From contig NW_002060957.1 of NCBI RefSeq assembly GCF_000150275.1, positions 1-64,000 of the forward strand: 64,000 nucleotides of DNA. Direction: 5' to 3'. Under the pieces are notes generated by a model. It was not told the origin of the DNA. It saw nothing but the letters and a program-made list of their open reading frames with translations, and did no database searches. Shown here in pieces: positions 25,501 to 40,900 of the stretch. The DNA comes from Trichoplax adhaerens. Taxonomy: Eukaryota > Animalia > Placozoa. The position numbers and the translations under genes were made by a program. Numbering within the stretch: the stretch's first letter is position 1; every line of letters begins with the position of its first letter.

Positions 25501-28500
25501 ATTTTTCTGATATTTCTCTATTAATACAACAATACATCCACAAATCAATACTATTCAAGACCGTAAGTATACTGATTGTTTATGCCTACGAATTCTTCTA
25601 AGTTACATAATAATTTTATAGATAGAGTAAACCAATCGTATAATGCATTTTACATAGACAGTAGTAGTATTTTAGTATTTCATTATACTATTTGTACTTC
25701 TTAATGACTACTGTAAGTTTTAGATTACAAGCTAACTTATAACTTTTTATAATTTTCATTAAACTCCATGACGTATTCTATCGGATAACTAGAAAAAGGC
25801 CTTCGAGAAATCGGTAAGACATGAAACTGATTTCTACATAAAACGTGATATTTCTTGTAAATACAATTACGAATATTTCACAACTGCGCATCTGTCGCCC
25901 TTATATTAGTCTCAAAACTGGGTGAATAGATTAGTGTTACTGCTACTACGCTTAATATCGAGATTTTATGTAATTTAAATAGTCTTGTAAATCGTAACTT
26001 ACGAGTAATACAGTACATGAAACTACTGACGACAGATGAGAGCTATCAGCCTCGACCTTAACGTATGACTTAGTACGAATACTACAGCGAGATAAGCTAC
26101 GAGTATTTTATCATCATTCACTACCTACTAGCACTTAGTAAAGTAACTTAGTAAAGTATAATACGCTAGAAGTAAATACCTTTATTATCAAGACAAACTT
26201 TTAGCCAAAGTTAAACGGATTAGAGTATAATTAACTAGCTAGCGAATAGTCGAATCAAATGTAGATAAAATAACTGAGATGAGAAACTACGATAAGTTTA
26301 TTGTAGAGGCTTATTTACTTCATAGTTTGTTATCTGTTCATATGATAAGTATAAGCAAAGTCATCACTATCGTCTAATACGCTGAAATCTTAGAGAATAC
26401 TATCGACTTTATCTGGTTTTAATGTAGAAGACAAATTGCTTATATATCTATTTTAAACGCTTACTTTTGCTTAGATATTTAAATTTGTATTATAAATATC
26501 GCGCTGATAATAAATCTATTAAGAGACGTTATTACTATAAACACGACTATTACGTAATAACACTAGCTTGACTTGTACTATACGCAATGTGTACATAAAT
26601 GTTCATAGCTAATAGTCGACTCTACAATACTCTACTCTACTCAAGAGTTAAGGATCTAACTAGTACATTACATAAAAGCAATTGTACATGACTATATTTT
26701 ATATATAGTATTACGAGTATCTTATAGGTGTAAAACTAGAAAGTTGATGTTTTTAGTAGTTTTTTGTAGCTTACTTAATATACGTATAACTTGAAGATCA
26801 TAGTCTCTGTTTTATTCGAGTTATACACGTATTAAATAACTTCAAATACAGAACGCACAACTGATTTTATTATATATTTTGTATCATTTACATTATATGA
26901 TGTTAATATTATGGCTCTAGTAGTTACTTAGATTTCAGAGTCTGAATCTTAAATAATCATATGTAGTTTTACTTTTTTGATAATATTATAGTTCGATTTC
27001 TTTATACTAGCTCGATATCTTGTATATTACGAAGTATCAAACACTAAAATATTTAACATATATCACAAAATAGCGTTACAACAGCATAACTATAGAATAC
27101 TCGTTTTAATAACTAGTAATATTATACATTTGTGTTATGTACGTTGTATAACGTTAACATTCTAGCTGTAACGATTACTCGAATTTCAGAGCATAAATCT
27201 TATATAACCATATGTAATATTTATGATCGTCTCATAGTCAAACTTGTTGTACTACTTCGATATCTCAAACACGATGAGCTATCGAATACTAACGTATTAT
27301 AATACGTATTACGAGTCAGCTTTTAAACAGCATAACGTTAAAATACGTATCTTAACAAGTGATTCTATTATGCACTTTACATCATTTCTTTATATGACGC
27401 CAACATTATGGCGGTAACGATTACTCGGAATTCAGGCTGTAAGTCTCTTATAATCATGCGTAATTTTGTTTTCGTAACAAACTTATAGATAAACGATTAT
27501 TGTACTATCTCGATATTTCGGATAAGATAAACTATAGAGCATTAAACTATTTAATGTATAGTACAAATCTGCTTTGCTCTAACACAACTTCAAAATACAC
27601 AATTTAATAACTAATTTTATTTTATACTTTGTATTATATATATACTTTATTGCTGTAACGATTACTCGGATTTCAGTCTGTAAGTCTCGTTTAATCATGT
27701 GTATGATTTTTATGTGATAGAAATCTTCATAGCTAAGTTTCTTGTTGTAATAACTCGATATGTCCATGATGATGAAGTATCATACACTAAAATGTTATAG
27801 TGTGTATCACAAATCAGCTTACAGTAACATAAACTTAAAATACACAACTTTACAAGTGATTCCATTATACACTTTATATCGTTTACACTATACGACGTCG
27901 ACACTATGGCTATAACGACTATTCGGATTTCAGAGTGTAAGTCTTAAATAGTCATATGTAACTTTACGTAACAGCAATTTCATACTTGTATTACCTTATA
28001 TTATCTCGATATCTCGGATACGATAAACTATCGAACACTAAATCTTATAATGTATATTATAAGTCAGCTTTGTAACAACATAAGTTGAAGTACTCATTTA
28101 ACAACTAACTTTATTATATATTTGTATCATGTACACTACATATCGTTAACTTTATGGATTACTCGGATTTCAGCGCGTAAGTCTTGCATTATCATATACA
28201 CATTTTATAATAGATTCATAGTTAAACATCCAGTTATACTATCGCGATATCTCAGATACGATAAAGTATCGAACACTAAGTGTTATAATGTATATTACAA
28301 AATAGCTTTGTAACAACATAACGTTAGAGTACACAAGTTAACAAATGATTCTATTATACACTTTTATCATTTACACTATATTACGTCAACATTATGGCTA
28401 TAACGATTTCTCGGAATTTAGCGCGTAAGTCTTGCATTATCATATTTATTTTTTACGATAGCTCCACACTTAAACTTCTTGTTGTACTATCGCGATATCT

Positions 28501-29650
28501 CAGATACGATGAACTATCGAACACTTAAGTATTATAATGTATATTACAAATCAGCTTTGTAATAACAATACGTTACAGAACACAAATTAACAAATAATTC
28601 TATTATACACTTTTATCATTGACACTATATGACGCCAACACTATGGCTATAACGATTACTCGGATTTTAGCGCGTAAGTCTCGTATCATATGTGATTTTT
28701 TATGATAGCTTCATAGTTGAATTTCTTGTTGTACCATCGCGATATCTCGGATACGATAAAGTATCATAATGTGTATTATAAATCAGCTTTGTAACAACAT
28801 AACGTTACAGTACACAAATTAATAAATGATTTTATCATACATTTTATATCAATTACACTACGTGATGTCAACACTCTGGCTATAACGATTACTCGGGTTT
28901 TAGCGCGTAAGTTTCGCATAATCATATGTCATTTTTTATGATAGCTTCATAGTTAAATTTCTTGTTGCACTATCTCGATATCTCAATAATGATGAAGCAT
29001 CATACACTGAGATATTATAATACGTATCACAAATCAGATTTATAAATAACATAACTTATAAATATACAACTTAATAAGTGATTCTATTATATATTTGTAT
29101 CATTTATACTCTATGACGTTGACGTTATGGCTATATCGATTATTTGAATTTCAGCGCGTAAGTCTTAAATAATCGTATGTAATTTTGCTTTACAGTAATT
29201 TCATGCCTGCATTATCTTATACTATCTCGATATTTCGCATACGATAAACTAGTGAAAACTAAAACATTATAATATGTATTACAAATCAGCTTTGCAACAA
29301 AATAACTTCAAAGACTCAATTTAATAACGAGTTTTATTATATATCTCAATATCTCGAATACGATGAACTATCAAACACTGAAAAATTATAATATTATAAT
29401 ATATATCGCAAATCAGCTTTATAGAAATATAAACTTAAAATACACAATTTATCAGGCAATTTTATTATAAATTTTGTATCATTTACACTATATGACGTCT
29501 AAATATGGCTGTAATAATTACTCGAATTTTAGCGTAGAAGTCTTGCATAATTATGTGTGATTTTATTTCTATCACAAAGTTATGCATAAATTGTTATTGT
29601 TTTATCTCGATATCTCGGATATGACGAAGTATAGGACACTAAAATATATG
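16529..29650. repeat. Satellite array: diverged ~250-bp monomers organised into ~3.5-4 kb higher-order repeats, each with a non-monomeric head
   Basis: The motif ACGATTACTCGG recurs at ~17941, 18187, 18426, 18682, 18926, 19175, 19425 and 19676 (period 239-256). The head sequence ATACTGATTGTT..CCTACGAATTCTTCTAAG occurs at ~16529, ~20355 and ~25569. Identical spurious ORFs at 22514/24178/27710 mark equivalent HOR positions. Confidence 0.92.
23196..23245. other. Assembly gap (50 N)
   Basis: Run of N. The sequence after the gap restarts at the equivalent of ~21352. Confidence 0.99.
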
Positions 29651-32600
29651 TTACTACTCATGGGTTATTTTAGTACAACCTACGACTTATTTATATTACA
29701 AGGGTTTGTTTAACAGTGAAATTAACTAATCTCTACTAGCATATAAGATTAGCAGTTGTTACCACATTCATAACTTACTGCTATTTACGAATTGAAAACA
29801 ATCATATAAATTTTATAACGAGGTATCGATTATCTATTACTACACGTACAATAACATTAAGTTCTTCGAGATTAATATTTCTTTACCTTCGGGGTATTTA
29901 TATAGTAATATTTTATACAGCAGTAGTGCATAATTGAAATCAAAGTCTGATTTAGCTAAAAAGAAGTTAACAATCGAAGGATTAGAAGTCGAAGTTAATT
30001 AATCCATTTTCTTAATTTACACCTATAATATGCATCTGGCATCATAGCTGAATGCAGATGACAGCAATTGTAGTACTTAAATCAACCTTGACTATTCTTA
30101 TGTTTGTTGTCGCCTTTGATACTGCATCACAAGAGTTAAATCATGAAAATTATTTACATCTGAAAATTAAAATGATGATACTTTAACTGCGAACTAACTC
30201 TCATAGATTATCGTTCTGCGCTGTATGTATTCTACTAGAAAACTTTACATGCGTCATTAACGTGATTTTCTTTCTTGATTTTCTTATATTTTTTAATTTA
30301 ATATGCCACCGATTTCATCATGAAATTTTACGTATAAAGTCAGCAAGTTAAATATTATTTGTTCACTAACTGTTCAAATTGTATGCAAGCTATACGCTTA
30401 ATTAGACATTGCATAGCACTAGAACTAAAATTATATCAGAGATTTAGAATTAGGAGGTGTATTTTAGCTTTCTTATTCTATAATGCAAATACTAACTAAG
30501 TCTACTTTATGTATAACTAATCGCTATCATCTCGCTTGGATCGATCTGAAGTAAACTTTGCTCGGTAAGAACTCTTCTATAAAGCTTTCTACACTCTTTA
30601 ATGTTCGTGTATAATCCATTATTTTAAAGTAATAGTTAATCGTTTATTTTATTAGATTTAGTAACAATTACAATACATATTATTAATATTAGACAAATAG
30701 AGACTTTCAGATTCTTAAATTACCCTACTGTAAAATATAAATTACTACAACAATTGCTACTGCTTGAAGATATTTTAAAAAGAATTTAAATCATTGACAT
30801 AACTTTAAGAATTGGTTAATAGCAAAATGCAATGAAATTTTTTATCTTATGTATTGACTAGAGATATATAGCAATCCACTTGCTTTCAGTTAGATAGCAG
30901 AACGGGAGCAGCTCTTATTTAATGACATTGGAAATGCAAGAAACACGCAGGCTTTCAGATCTGTCGAAAAGATTCTTAATTGATAATTAACAATAACAGT
31001 ATAATTTAAGTAGAGACTAAACTGAAATTAAAACTGAAAGCAATTTGCTATTATACATCCTTAAGAAGTTGTAAGCTAGCTTAGGTACGATATCTGTAAG
31101 AGTATATCTCGTAACAAGATTTGTATCTGCGGTAGAGTTGTTTAAAATTTACAATTTATTTTACACTTAAATGGAACATGCAATCGTTTATTTTTCGTCA
31201 GCGAAAGTCTATGCTATTACAATAAAGTTAATCTTCTTGCTTTAATCCTATAACTTAGTACAAATTTAGTGCATGCGTTATCTATGGGGAAAAATACTGT
31301 ATTTTAATGCAGTTTTTTTCGCCTGTAAAATTCATTCAATTCAACTAATTTTTGTGCATGATGAACGGTGGCTAAAACTGCAGCACACATTATTTTTTTG
31401 TTACTGTAGCTTGGCATACAACCCTCACTTTAAGATTCAATATCTAAATTCTTACGTATAGTATTCGCAAGTAATGACTAGTTAATGGCAAGCTATGCGC
31501 TTTTAATTCGCCTTCGTAGAAGATTAACGAAACGAGTCGGTTATTTTCTCGATTTCTTTTTCGAAGTCATCGTAGTACTATCATCGTCTATTAAAATTAA
31601 AATTTAGAAAAGCGGCATAGAAATATTTGAATCATTATTCCTTTAAATTTTTACACGTTTGCTTTAGTGATCACCGTCCTTTATTTTGGATGTAGGAGTA
31701 CCGTAACCCCAAATTTTAAGCTAGTAAAGGTAGTCATCGATGACTTTACTATTCACAGCTGCTATTATCGGTTTGTTATTTCGTTGGATTAAGCAGATCT
31801 ATCATACGTGATGATCTCAGCTAATTACAGTAGTGGTGTGTGTTAAAGTGTACTAGTAAGATAAATTAAAGCATTATCCGAGGTAAAACTGATCAATGTG
31901 CTTAATAAAGCAATTTTCGTACATAATGGTGTAGTAAAGGACTAAAAGCAGAGTCCTTTATAGCTTTTAGTATGTAACTAGTGTTACTTTACTATAGAAA
32001 ATACCTAGAAAGTGATAGTGTCTTTAAGTTTTACCCTGCCAAATCATCATGACGCCATCTTTTCTTCTTCATTATTTTACAAGGTATTCTATAGATTATT
32101 ATAGAAGTAGCCCTAGAGCAATTGCCTAATCTAAAGAAAGGGCGTTTGATAGTCTATTCAAATTGTAAATGAATTTGGCTTAGTAACAAAACCCTATCCG
32201 TAGAGAAAGGGGATTTATAACATGACGATAAAGTACTGTAATGTAGTCTATAATTGTACAGTTACCGTACAACCTGACGCTAAAACATCAACTGTCAATA
32301 CTTAGCGATACTAATGTCAGAAAAGTAGTCGTAATAGTCATATAAAATTTTTTGTCATATACAATTTTACTACAATTACCTCAGTCCCGTTTTTTAGCAA
32401 AAAGAGGGTTCTTGCTACACCTTGTACTTATGTTAAACTAAGTGATATCCCAATGTTTTAATTGTACTTTAGTATAATCTATAATGGATATCCTGTCGAG
32501 AATATGCACTAATCATTTATATATATATACTGTATGCAAAACCAGTTATCTATCTGTTAGTTTAAATTAAGTAAGCCTCGATAAGCTGCATGCTAATGTG

Positions 32601-33799
32601 CCATATTTAGTCAGTACAATTCGTGAAAGTGATAAACAGATAAGAAATATTATTTACGGGCATCTGCTGATATCATAACCATACATTGACCTATAAATCA
32701 TCACAAATCATAAGATACTAGTGCAAACTCCCGTCGCTTTACTGACGGTTTACGATAATGTGCTCATTTAACAGAGGTTCAGTAACTTTATACCGTACCG
32801 TATAGACCTGTCAGAGGTTCAGTAACTTTATATCGTGTACTGTCCTACTTTGTTAATTAAAATATCTAATATAAATTGTTGTTTGTTCCGGTAGTCTAAT
32901 AAGCGTTAATGAATACTTGTTTATTGATAAGGTTAACGTCTAAGTAATTGAATACTAATACCTAAGTGTAATCCAGCGGATCTAGTAGATTCTTTTACTA
33001 GGATTTATCTCCGTAAAGTAAAGTCCTTAAACCTATTACCCGTTGGCAGCTTATCTGTGTAGTCGAGTGTTAGTTCAACTACGATAAGTCGCCTAAGTCA
33101 GTTGGGGACACGAGTAGTCGTGATAATAGCGTTTAAGACCCGTTCGAAAGGGCAATTCGTAACAGATGTATAATAATTTTATACTTTAATCTACAATAGT
33201 ATTCAATAGCGCAGCAATAGCCATTGCTTTTAAAAAGTTGTTTACAGCATTCGCCATTCGATATTACCATTAACTGTCATAGCTTATTTTTATAGATTAC
33301 AAAAATTAGGTCTGAATATGCCAGCGGTAGAGTTTTAGTGGGGTACAGTATATTAAATAGGTTACTCACCATCATTAGAGCAATTTATTAAACGAATATT
33401 ATGATGCCATTTACTTACTCTGAATGCGAACATCAGTTTGGGCGTATAGTATATATAAAAAATTTTGATGATACTGTGCAATTTTCCTTTTATCATGCTA
33501 ATTGTAGAATACTCTAACTAAAAGCGCTTTCCTTTCATCTCACCAGCAAATAAAAAATCTTATAATGCAACTTAAATAAAAATTATCTCTATGATAAATA
33601 GATGTCATCAGAATTTATTATAGTACAGTAATACAGTCTTCGCGGATTGTCTAATAGGATAAACTACTAAAATACAGAAAGCTTCTATCAACAGCTATTA
33701 CATTTTTGTTCTAGTTGTATCGAAGGTCAAACAGCTGAATTATTCATTCACTTAATTGTGTGCAACGGGAAAGCTATTCCTACTTTTCACATTTTCAGC

Positions 33800-35310
33800 A
33801 TGAGCAATCGATCTGTCATGTCTGCGATTCCTCAACAAATTAAGTCTCTTTACGAAAGAGTGTAGAAAATTATGAATCAGACTTTCATATAGAAGCTTTG
33901 TGTTCTGCTATACAAGTGTTGGATAAAATTCAAGCTCTACCCAGAATTACCGCAGATCTTGATTGATTTCGATGTGATGTTTACCTTCTCATCAGTGATA
34001 TATATAGAGAGCTTGGGAAATGGATAGAAGCAAAGGAATTGAATTAAAGTGCACTAAAAATAGCAAAAAAACTAAAGGAAGGAATGATCACGGCTGGATG
34101 TCTACACAGTCAAGCAAGAATTATGCAATTACTTGGATTGGATAGAGCACTGGATGATGATATCGAATCGCTAGATTTATATCGTTTAGTTGAGGATGAT
34201 GAAGATATTGGCGATACTTATCTATTGACTACATAGTATATAAGAGGTGGTGTAGTTCGATAATCTGGTAATCGAGTACTTGAAAAGCTCGTGAATTCCA
34301 AAGCTAAGGAGATACCAAATAGATTATTACCCTTACCCTTACATCGTGAGTAATTTCCATTTTTTTTCAATACTTTGGTCAAGGCAAGGCCATCTGCCTT
34401 TCCTGTAATTCTTTCAGCATGTTTGCAAATTTACTGCTGAAATTATAATAAACTGGTGATTTTTCCTGATTTTAGTTAGTGTTTAAGTGATTGCTAGTTT
34501 TAAAAAGTCAAGCTTTAAACAACTATTAGGCTATGATTGCTATAATATTCTCCATTTGCTTAAAAATCTTTTCAAATTTTATAATCAGTCTTTGATCACA
34601 ATTATTTTTATGTTACTACATCCTAGAGTAACATTGGTGTTCTCTACAAATAAACTAATAGCAAGAAATTACATAAGGTTAGTAGAAGAAAAGAATGGTA
34701 TTTACTGCATGTGTTGAATCATGCTAGGTTACAGCCTAGATATACGTCATCAACTAGTTAAGTAGCTATAGTAAAGTAATGTAAAATGATGTAAAATTTA
34801 CAAGCTTATTGTGTAATTAGTAGATCTATCTGATGCGATAGAGGCGTAAGAAGTACTTTTTAAAATTATATAGAAAGTGCAGCAGGAGAGAATTATAAAC
34901 GCGAAAGAATGCTTATGATAGTTTATATCTATAATCAAACAGCAATATAAGGGGCATCTATTCTAATCAAGATAAATATGAAGAACTTATTTCAGCACTT
35001 GAAAAATCACTCAAAATTCGATTATTTTCCGCGAGGACAATCTTTCTGAACTTGTGAAATCTTATAGCAACATCGTAAGTATTTATAAAAATCAGGGCAA
35101 GTACAATAAAGCTCTTTCTATATGTCAGAAATTGTAAAATACTCTTATTATAGATATTTTCGTCGTCATCACACTATGCTGCTGCATAATATAATACTCT
35201 GAGAGCTACTTCTGATAATCGAGGCAATCATAAGGAAGTTGCCTCTATGCATGAGGAATCTCACGAGATTTTGCTATTAACTCAGATTGCAATTATCCCA
35301 ATATTGTGCG
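33800..35310 (+). pseudogene. Decayed TPR-repeat protein gene (42-aa kinesin-light-chain/TPR_12-type repeats)
   Basis: Reading through stops gives ..DLD*FRCDVYLLISDIYRELGKWIEAKELN*SALKIAKKLKEGMITAGCLHSQARIMQLLG.. (~33950-34140). Further on are SNIRGIYSNQDKYEELISALEKSLKIRL and VKSYSNIVSIYKNQGKYNKALSICQKL* (~34940-35140), which fit the SYxNIGxVYxxQGKYxEALxMYxKSL consensus. Multiple stops and frameshifts. Confidence 0.75.
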
Positions 35311-37944
35311 TATTAATAAGAAGAAGCGTTTTGTCAACCTTCTTTCAAAGAAAATAAAAATTTAGAATAATTTTGCTAAATGGCATAAACAATACAATGA
35401 AATTCTATACCGCTCAAGCAAATTTAAATCAAAAATTGTTGTACGTACCCGTAATTGAATAAAGAATTACTTAGTGCAATAATGTAATATAATGTAGGTG
35501 AACATACAGGCACACTGTAGCCTTATAATACGAGTAGATTATTGTATTTTTCCTTTTATGCGGCAAAATAGATCAATAGTTTATCTTATCCCTTTCTACC
35601 TCCTATCTGCTGTAAATTAATAGCACATTACAGGAATTATAGGTATGCAATGCATAGTGTAATCCTATTATGATGATCTAGATCTGTTAAGGTAGCGAGT
35701 TTTACTTGCTAGTCATTTATGTTATAAACGAAATAGTTAAATACAGTACAGTATCTCTTTTAGCAATACGTTAATATTAAATATTCATGTGATACACCAA
35801 CATGATATTAAACTAGCAATTCAATCGGTATAGTTGCTCTTTAGAGTAATATAAGCAATACGGATAATAATAATAATTATTATACTTGATATATCTGCCA
35901 GTATCTCTTTTAATCAGTAATGCAAACTCTGCCACTTAGTTGTATTCTTTGAAAAATACTACAATAGTAAAGTAGCCTACGAAAGAATGATTTAAAGATA
36001 CGAGATAACATTAATCGTTGTAATATTTTCATGTATCATTTTTCATTGATAGCGACTTCTTTTTCAATAATTTAACTACAATAGGCCGGAACAAGTTTAA
36101 GTCAGTTTATGATATGTGAGTATAAATGCAACACATACATATGAAATATAATTCGGAATAAGTTACGAAATTATAAGAAAGTACCGTATGATCTTATCAT
36201 TTAGTCAATTTCATGTTTCGTTATTTATTCAAGATTATTTTTTTAATTTTATGCTTATCTACAAGCCCAATAAGAATGTTAACTCAATACACAGTAGTCC
36301 ATAAACTATAATTTCTTGAGTTGACTATTAGGTCAATTATTCTAGGATAAAGAACGTTGAACTCGCCGTAGGTGTACAATATTTTCATATTACATTAATT
36401 AATTTTCAGAGAACACTCGATAAGGAAAGGTACATCATTTTCACATTGTACTAGTTAGTATAATCACTCTCATATATCTTTCTGCTATTCTTAATAAAAG
36501 CAATCGTTCGCAAAGCAATTGGAATAAACTGCTTATATGACTGGTTTTGGATAAACAGTTGAACCTCACATTATTAGTACCATCCTAGCTGATGATAAAA
36601 TGGAAATATCTCCATAATTTATGCGTAGGTAACTGTCAATTGCTATCATAATTTTCATACTAACAGTTACAAAATTGAATTATACATTGACAAAATATTG
36701 TACAATATCACTTTATCGGATTTCTTCCGATTTTAAAATATGATTGGTCAATCCACTAAATCTATTAGCTTCAAAATGATAAGGATCTACACGAAAAGGA
36801 TGCAGAACGACATCAATCCGGTGATCTAATGAAGTAATGTCTTATTTTATTCTAGTCTTGATAAAATTTCAAGCAATATCTGAAAGCAATATCCATGCTG
36901 ATCGACTTCGATGTAATATATATCAGATTTTAAGTAACCTATATAGAGATTAAGCTACACCCCAAATAACTGACGTACAATCCTACATACATTCATCTAT
37001 TGCCTATCTACATCAATAATTTCAAAAATTCAGTAGTTTATTTACAGTAGCATTATTTGAAATTTAGCCTATCTAATTTTTTTGAGCGGTAGAGATTTTA
37101 AAATATGAGTAATTGACTAATAAATTCCGTTATACCTCGGAACAGGAATCTCTATACAAAAAAGTCTATAGAAAATCACCAGCCTCATATTATTAATGAC
37201 GCAATGTCATATTTATGCAAGTTTTACTCGAAATGCAATATAATACGAGTGAGTGTATCTTAACATGGCCCAAAACAAGTTTAGGTCTTAATAGAACATT
37301 CGAATCCTACATCCGTAGCTTAGCTATAAGTAGGCATTAATAAATGTTTTCTTTCGTTCATGCATTATGTTTTCGTGACTCCCTTCTTCTTTTTCAGCAT
37401 ATTCATTTTTAATAGCTAAAAATGTAAAATTTAGAGCCGTATTATGACGTATATATGCTATGAATGGGTATAAATTAAAATTTAGTCATAAATGCATTCA
37501 TACAGATATGCGATAAGTAGATATTAAGTCATTCATAAATTCCATTTATCCATATTTATCCGTGATTGCCTTTTTCTTTCCAATTTTATGTATATTTACA
37601 GACGCCCAAAAGTACAGACTCTTTACTTCATTAATTATTCCGTAACCTACTATAGCATATTCTATGTCCTGGATAAAACATCACATGATTCGCCATACGT
37701 GTACTCCATTATTAATAATGTTATTATTATAAGTAATACTCCTATTCCATACTGCAGTGCTCTACCTCAAAATCTTGATGATTTTCCATATTGTATCGCA
37801 ATCATGACGTAATCTATTAGTATTACCAGTAGTATGCAATAAAGCTATAGGTTGAACTTGGAGAAAACTCCATCAATCTGCTAGCCGAAATTACTTTACC
37901 TTTCAATGCAAAACTGTTCCGTCTACGGTTAATCAAGTAATACT

Positions 37945-40900
37945 ATGGCGATGCCAAATAAACCTCTAAAAGGTACCCCTGAATTCCAAGCTTTAAAAGC
38001 ATGCCATATGAATCTGATCTATACCATACCTACTGATGATGTACTCCATCAATTATTTGAAAAAGGCGTTATACCGGTTGATTTATTAGTTGGACAGGGT
38101 GTAGCAGTACCTTTCGAGAGGGCTAAAAATGAAAAATTACTCTTGCAGATTTACTCTGGTACTTTAGGAGATTTTTACACATTTTTAAGTGTATTGTGTA
38201 GTAAAAACTGTGTTAACAAACAGCCAAGTATTCGCTTAAAAGAAGAGCTACTTAAAAGAGGAATCGATGTGGAAAAAAGCAGAACAGGTATCCGTTATCG
38301 TTCAATATTGACAACATGGCCGTTGCTATTCTATTCCTATTTATCATGTTTGTATTAGAAGATCCAATTGTAATATATACGAGGCAATAGTTGAATAATA
38401 AATAATATTGTCAGTGCTGATTATGTTCATTTTCATCTTCTGCTGTAATTTTTTATGATATTATAAGATTAAGAACGTCTCTAAACTTAGTCGCATAGAG
38501 GAAGCTTTTTGTTTACACTTTACTAGGAAAATAGCATTACTTGCGAATTCTTTTGATATTCATTTCTATTACAAGAATGTAATAATCACCTAGACTATTC
38601 CTGGACAAATTCTTCTCGTCATTTTAATATTTTACATCTACCGCATAAAATTGTATCAAATATATTTTAATTCGACAATCGCCAACTACAGTTTGTCTTT
38701 CATTACTTCTATCTTCGCTACCTTACTTCAATATCTAACCACTTACTATACCTTTACTACCATTAGTAGCCATTAATCATAATGATATAATTACCTTCGT
38801 ACTATTTTACTCTAAATTAGTAATGTCCAACCAATAAATTTCATTATCCGATACTGCTGCGTTGGTACAGTACTTGCTTTTACGTTAATATTTATCTAGA
38901 CTACCGACCAATCGACAATAATTAGTCATTACCCCACTGCGGCTAAACTATAATCGAATTCACACTTATTTCAATGTTTAATTCTTTGAGTACGAAATAG
39001 CTTTATCAACGCACTAGGAAATCTCACTACAGTATAACTTTCACATGGTTTGCAACATGTTAATAATCTAGTGCATTTCAAGCAGAAGTGAAGGTGATCT
39101 CAAACAAATTAAGCTTCTAAAAATTGTAGATTATATAAGAGTAATTAAAATATACATAACCTATATAATATATTGTTAATTAATTATCGCCTTGCTACGG
39201 TACCTTGTTGTGTTGATATTCAGTGCATTACTCATATACTTGGATATTTTTCTTGATTTTTTGGATACTATTTCTCTAGTCGAGAAAAGATACGATGTTC
39301 ATTAATGATTTAATACTTTAGTTTTATGCCGTATATTAACAACGCAGTTGTTATTTCTATGAGTACGATGGGGAAAAAAATTGGCTACTGCCACTATAAT
39401 ATTTTTATGCATTTCGTGAACCCAAAGGAACGTGATTCGTCTAATTTGTCTATGGTTCAACTGAATTAAATAGAAACAAATTCTCGTTTTAGTTTATTAT
39501 GCTAACAGTTATTGTACTGATTTAAAGATCCATATAAAGAGATGAGGGTGGAACCCTCTGAAGTTTATGTGTGGGGAAGTAAACGGAATTTACTCTTGGC
39601 GGCAGATGAAAAGGTAAGGCAATTGACGTATGATTAGAATCAGAGCCGTGGGGCTTATCAAGTATGGTAAAATGCCTGTAAGCACGTATTTGCAATCATT
39701 CTGACGGTAGATTAGAATTCTATTCAGGGTCTAATTAATAACTGATTACGGTAGTGGGCATTCGTTATTTACTGTGATGTATATTAAAGATTTTCCAAGT
39801 TGCGTTATCCTATACGAACGTCATCGTACTTTTACTGTTTCCATTTCTCATAACATCGGAATCACCGTTGAGAATCATTATATCTTATTAACATATCGTG
39901 CAACTTCGTACAGTCGTATTTCAAATCACTATAATTTGGATCTGTAAGAGATTTTCGCAGTTCACTTTGTCTACTAGAAAATGTGATTATTGATGGGTAT
40001 TTAATATACGTAGAAGCACATCCCATATTGGGATTTGAAGAATAATTGTGGTAAGGGCAATTAGAGAAGATTAAATCGGTAGTTAATATATTACTTGGGA
40101 TTTTAATTGACAGAATCCGCTCGAACCTGATAAAAGTAAGCTACTAGAAAATCTGGATCCATCTGATATCGCTTGTGGATATGACTCCTTGTTTGTTGTT
40201 TCGAGAAATGGTGGCATTTTTGCTTGTGGTAAAGGGCATATGGGCTGTCTTGGTTTAGGAAACTGCGATGATGTTAATGTACCTAGACAGATTCCCCAAC
40301 TTTTACCAGTGATGGTAACCACGGTCGCTATTCATCCAGGTGGTAGACATGCAATGGCTCTAACAGCCGAAGGTAAAGTTTATTCGTGGGGTTGCGGTGA
40401 TCGCGGTCAACTCGGCCATGGAAATACGCTGTAAGAAGCAAAAGATACTATTTCTAATAATTTGTCGCTTCGATATTCGATAATTAATTATTATATGTGT
40501 ATAACTTTAAATTTTAATTCGGCGAGTAAGCCAAAGATAATAGTTATCCAATTCTATTTTACTAATGTATCCTTTTCCGTGCTTTCTTGGTTATTGTTAG
40601 AGGATATCTGGACCCTACATTGATTGATGAGTTAAAATCAAAGGAAGTTACGAAAATTGCCTGTGGAGCAATGCATAGTATAGCCGTACTATCGGATGGT
40701 AAAATATTTAGTTGGGGAGATGGTTCAAACGGAGCATTAGGTCATGGGAATAACCTGGCGCAACTACTACCGAAAAAGGTAAATATTAATCGCTTAAATA
40801 ACAAGAAAATTTTCCGGGCATTTTATTTGCCACTAACTCCTTGTAGCTTACTTTGTCTAAATTATTGATTCGATTTTTTCTTCGTTTTCACTTTGCAAAA

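Noticed and set aside
16529-29650. CRISPR-like array or repeat-protein gene; ORFs at 17747-28313
   Set aside because: The context is eukaryotic. Units are contiguous with no unique spacers. Monomer lengths vary by non-multiples of 3 and contain many stops, so the ORFs are chance products of the repeat.
32772-32832. 21-bp direct repeat CAGAGGTTCAGTAACTTTATA x2
   Set aside because: A simple local slippage duplication; it is not an array or an evident TSD.
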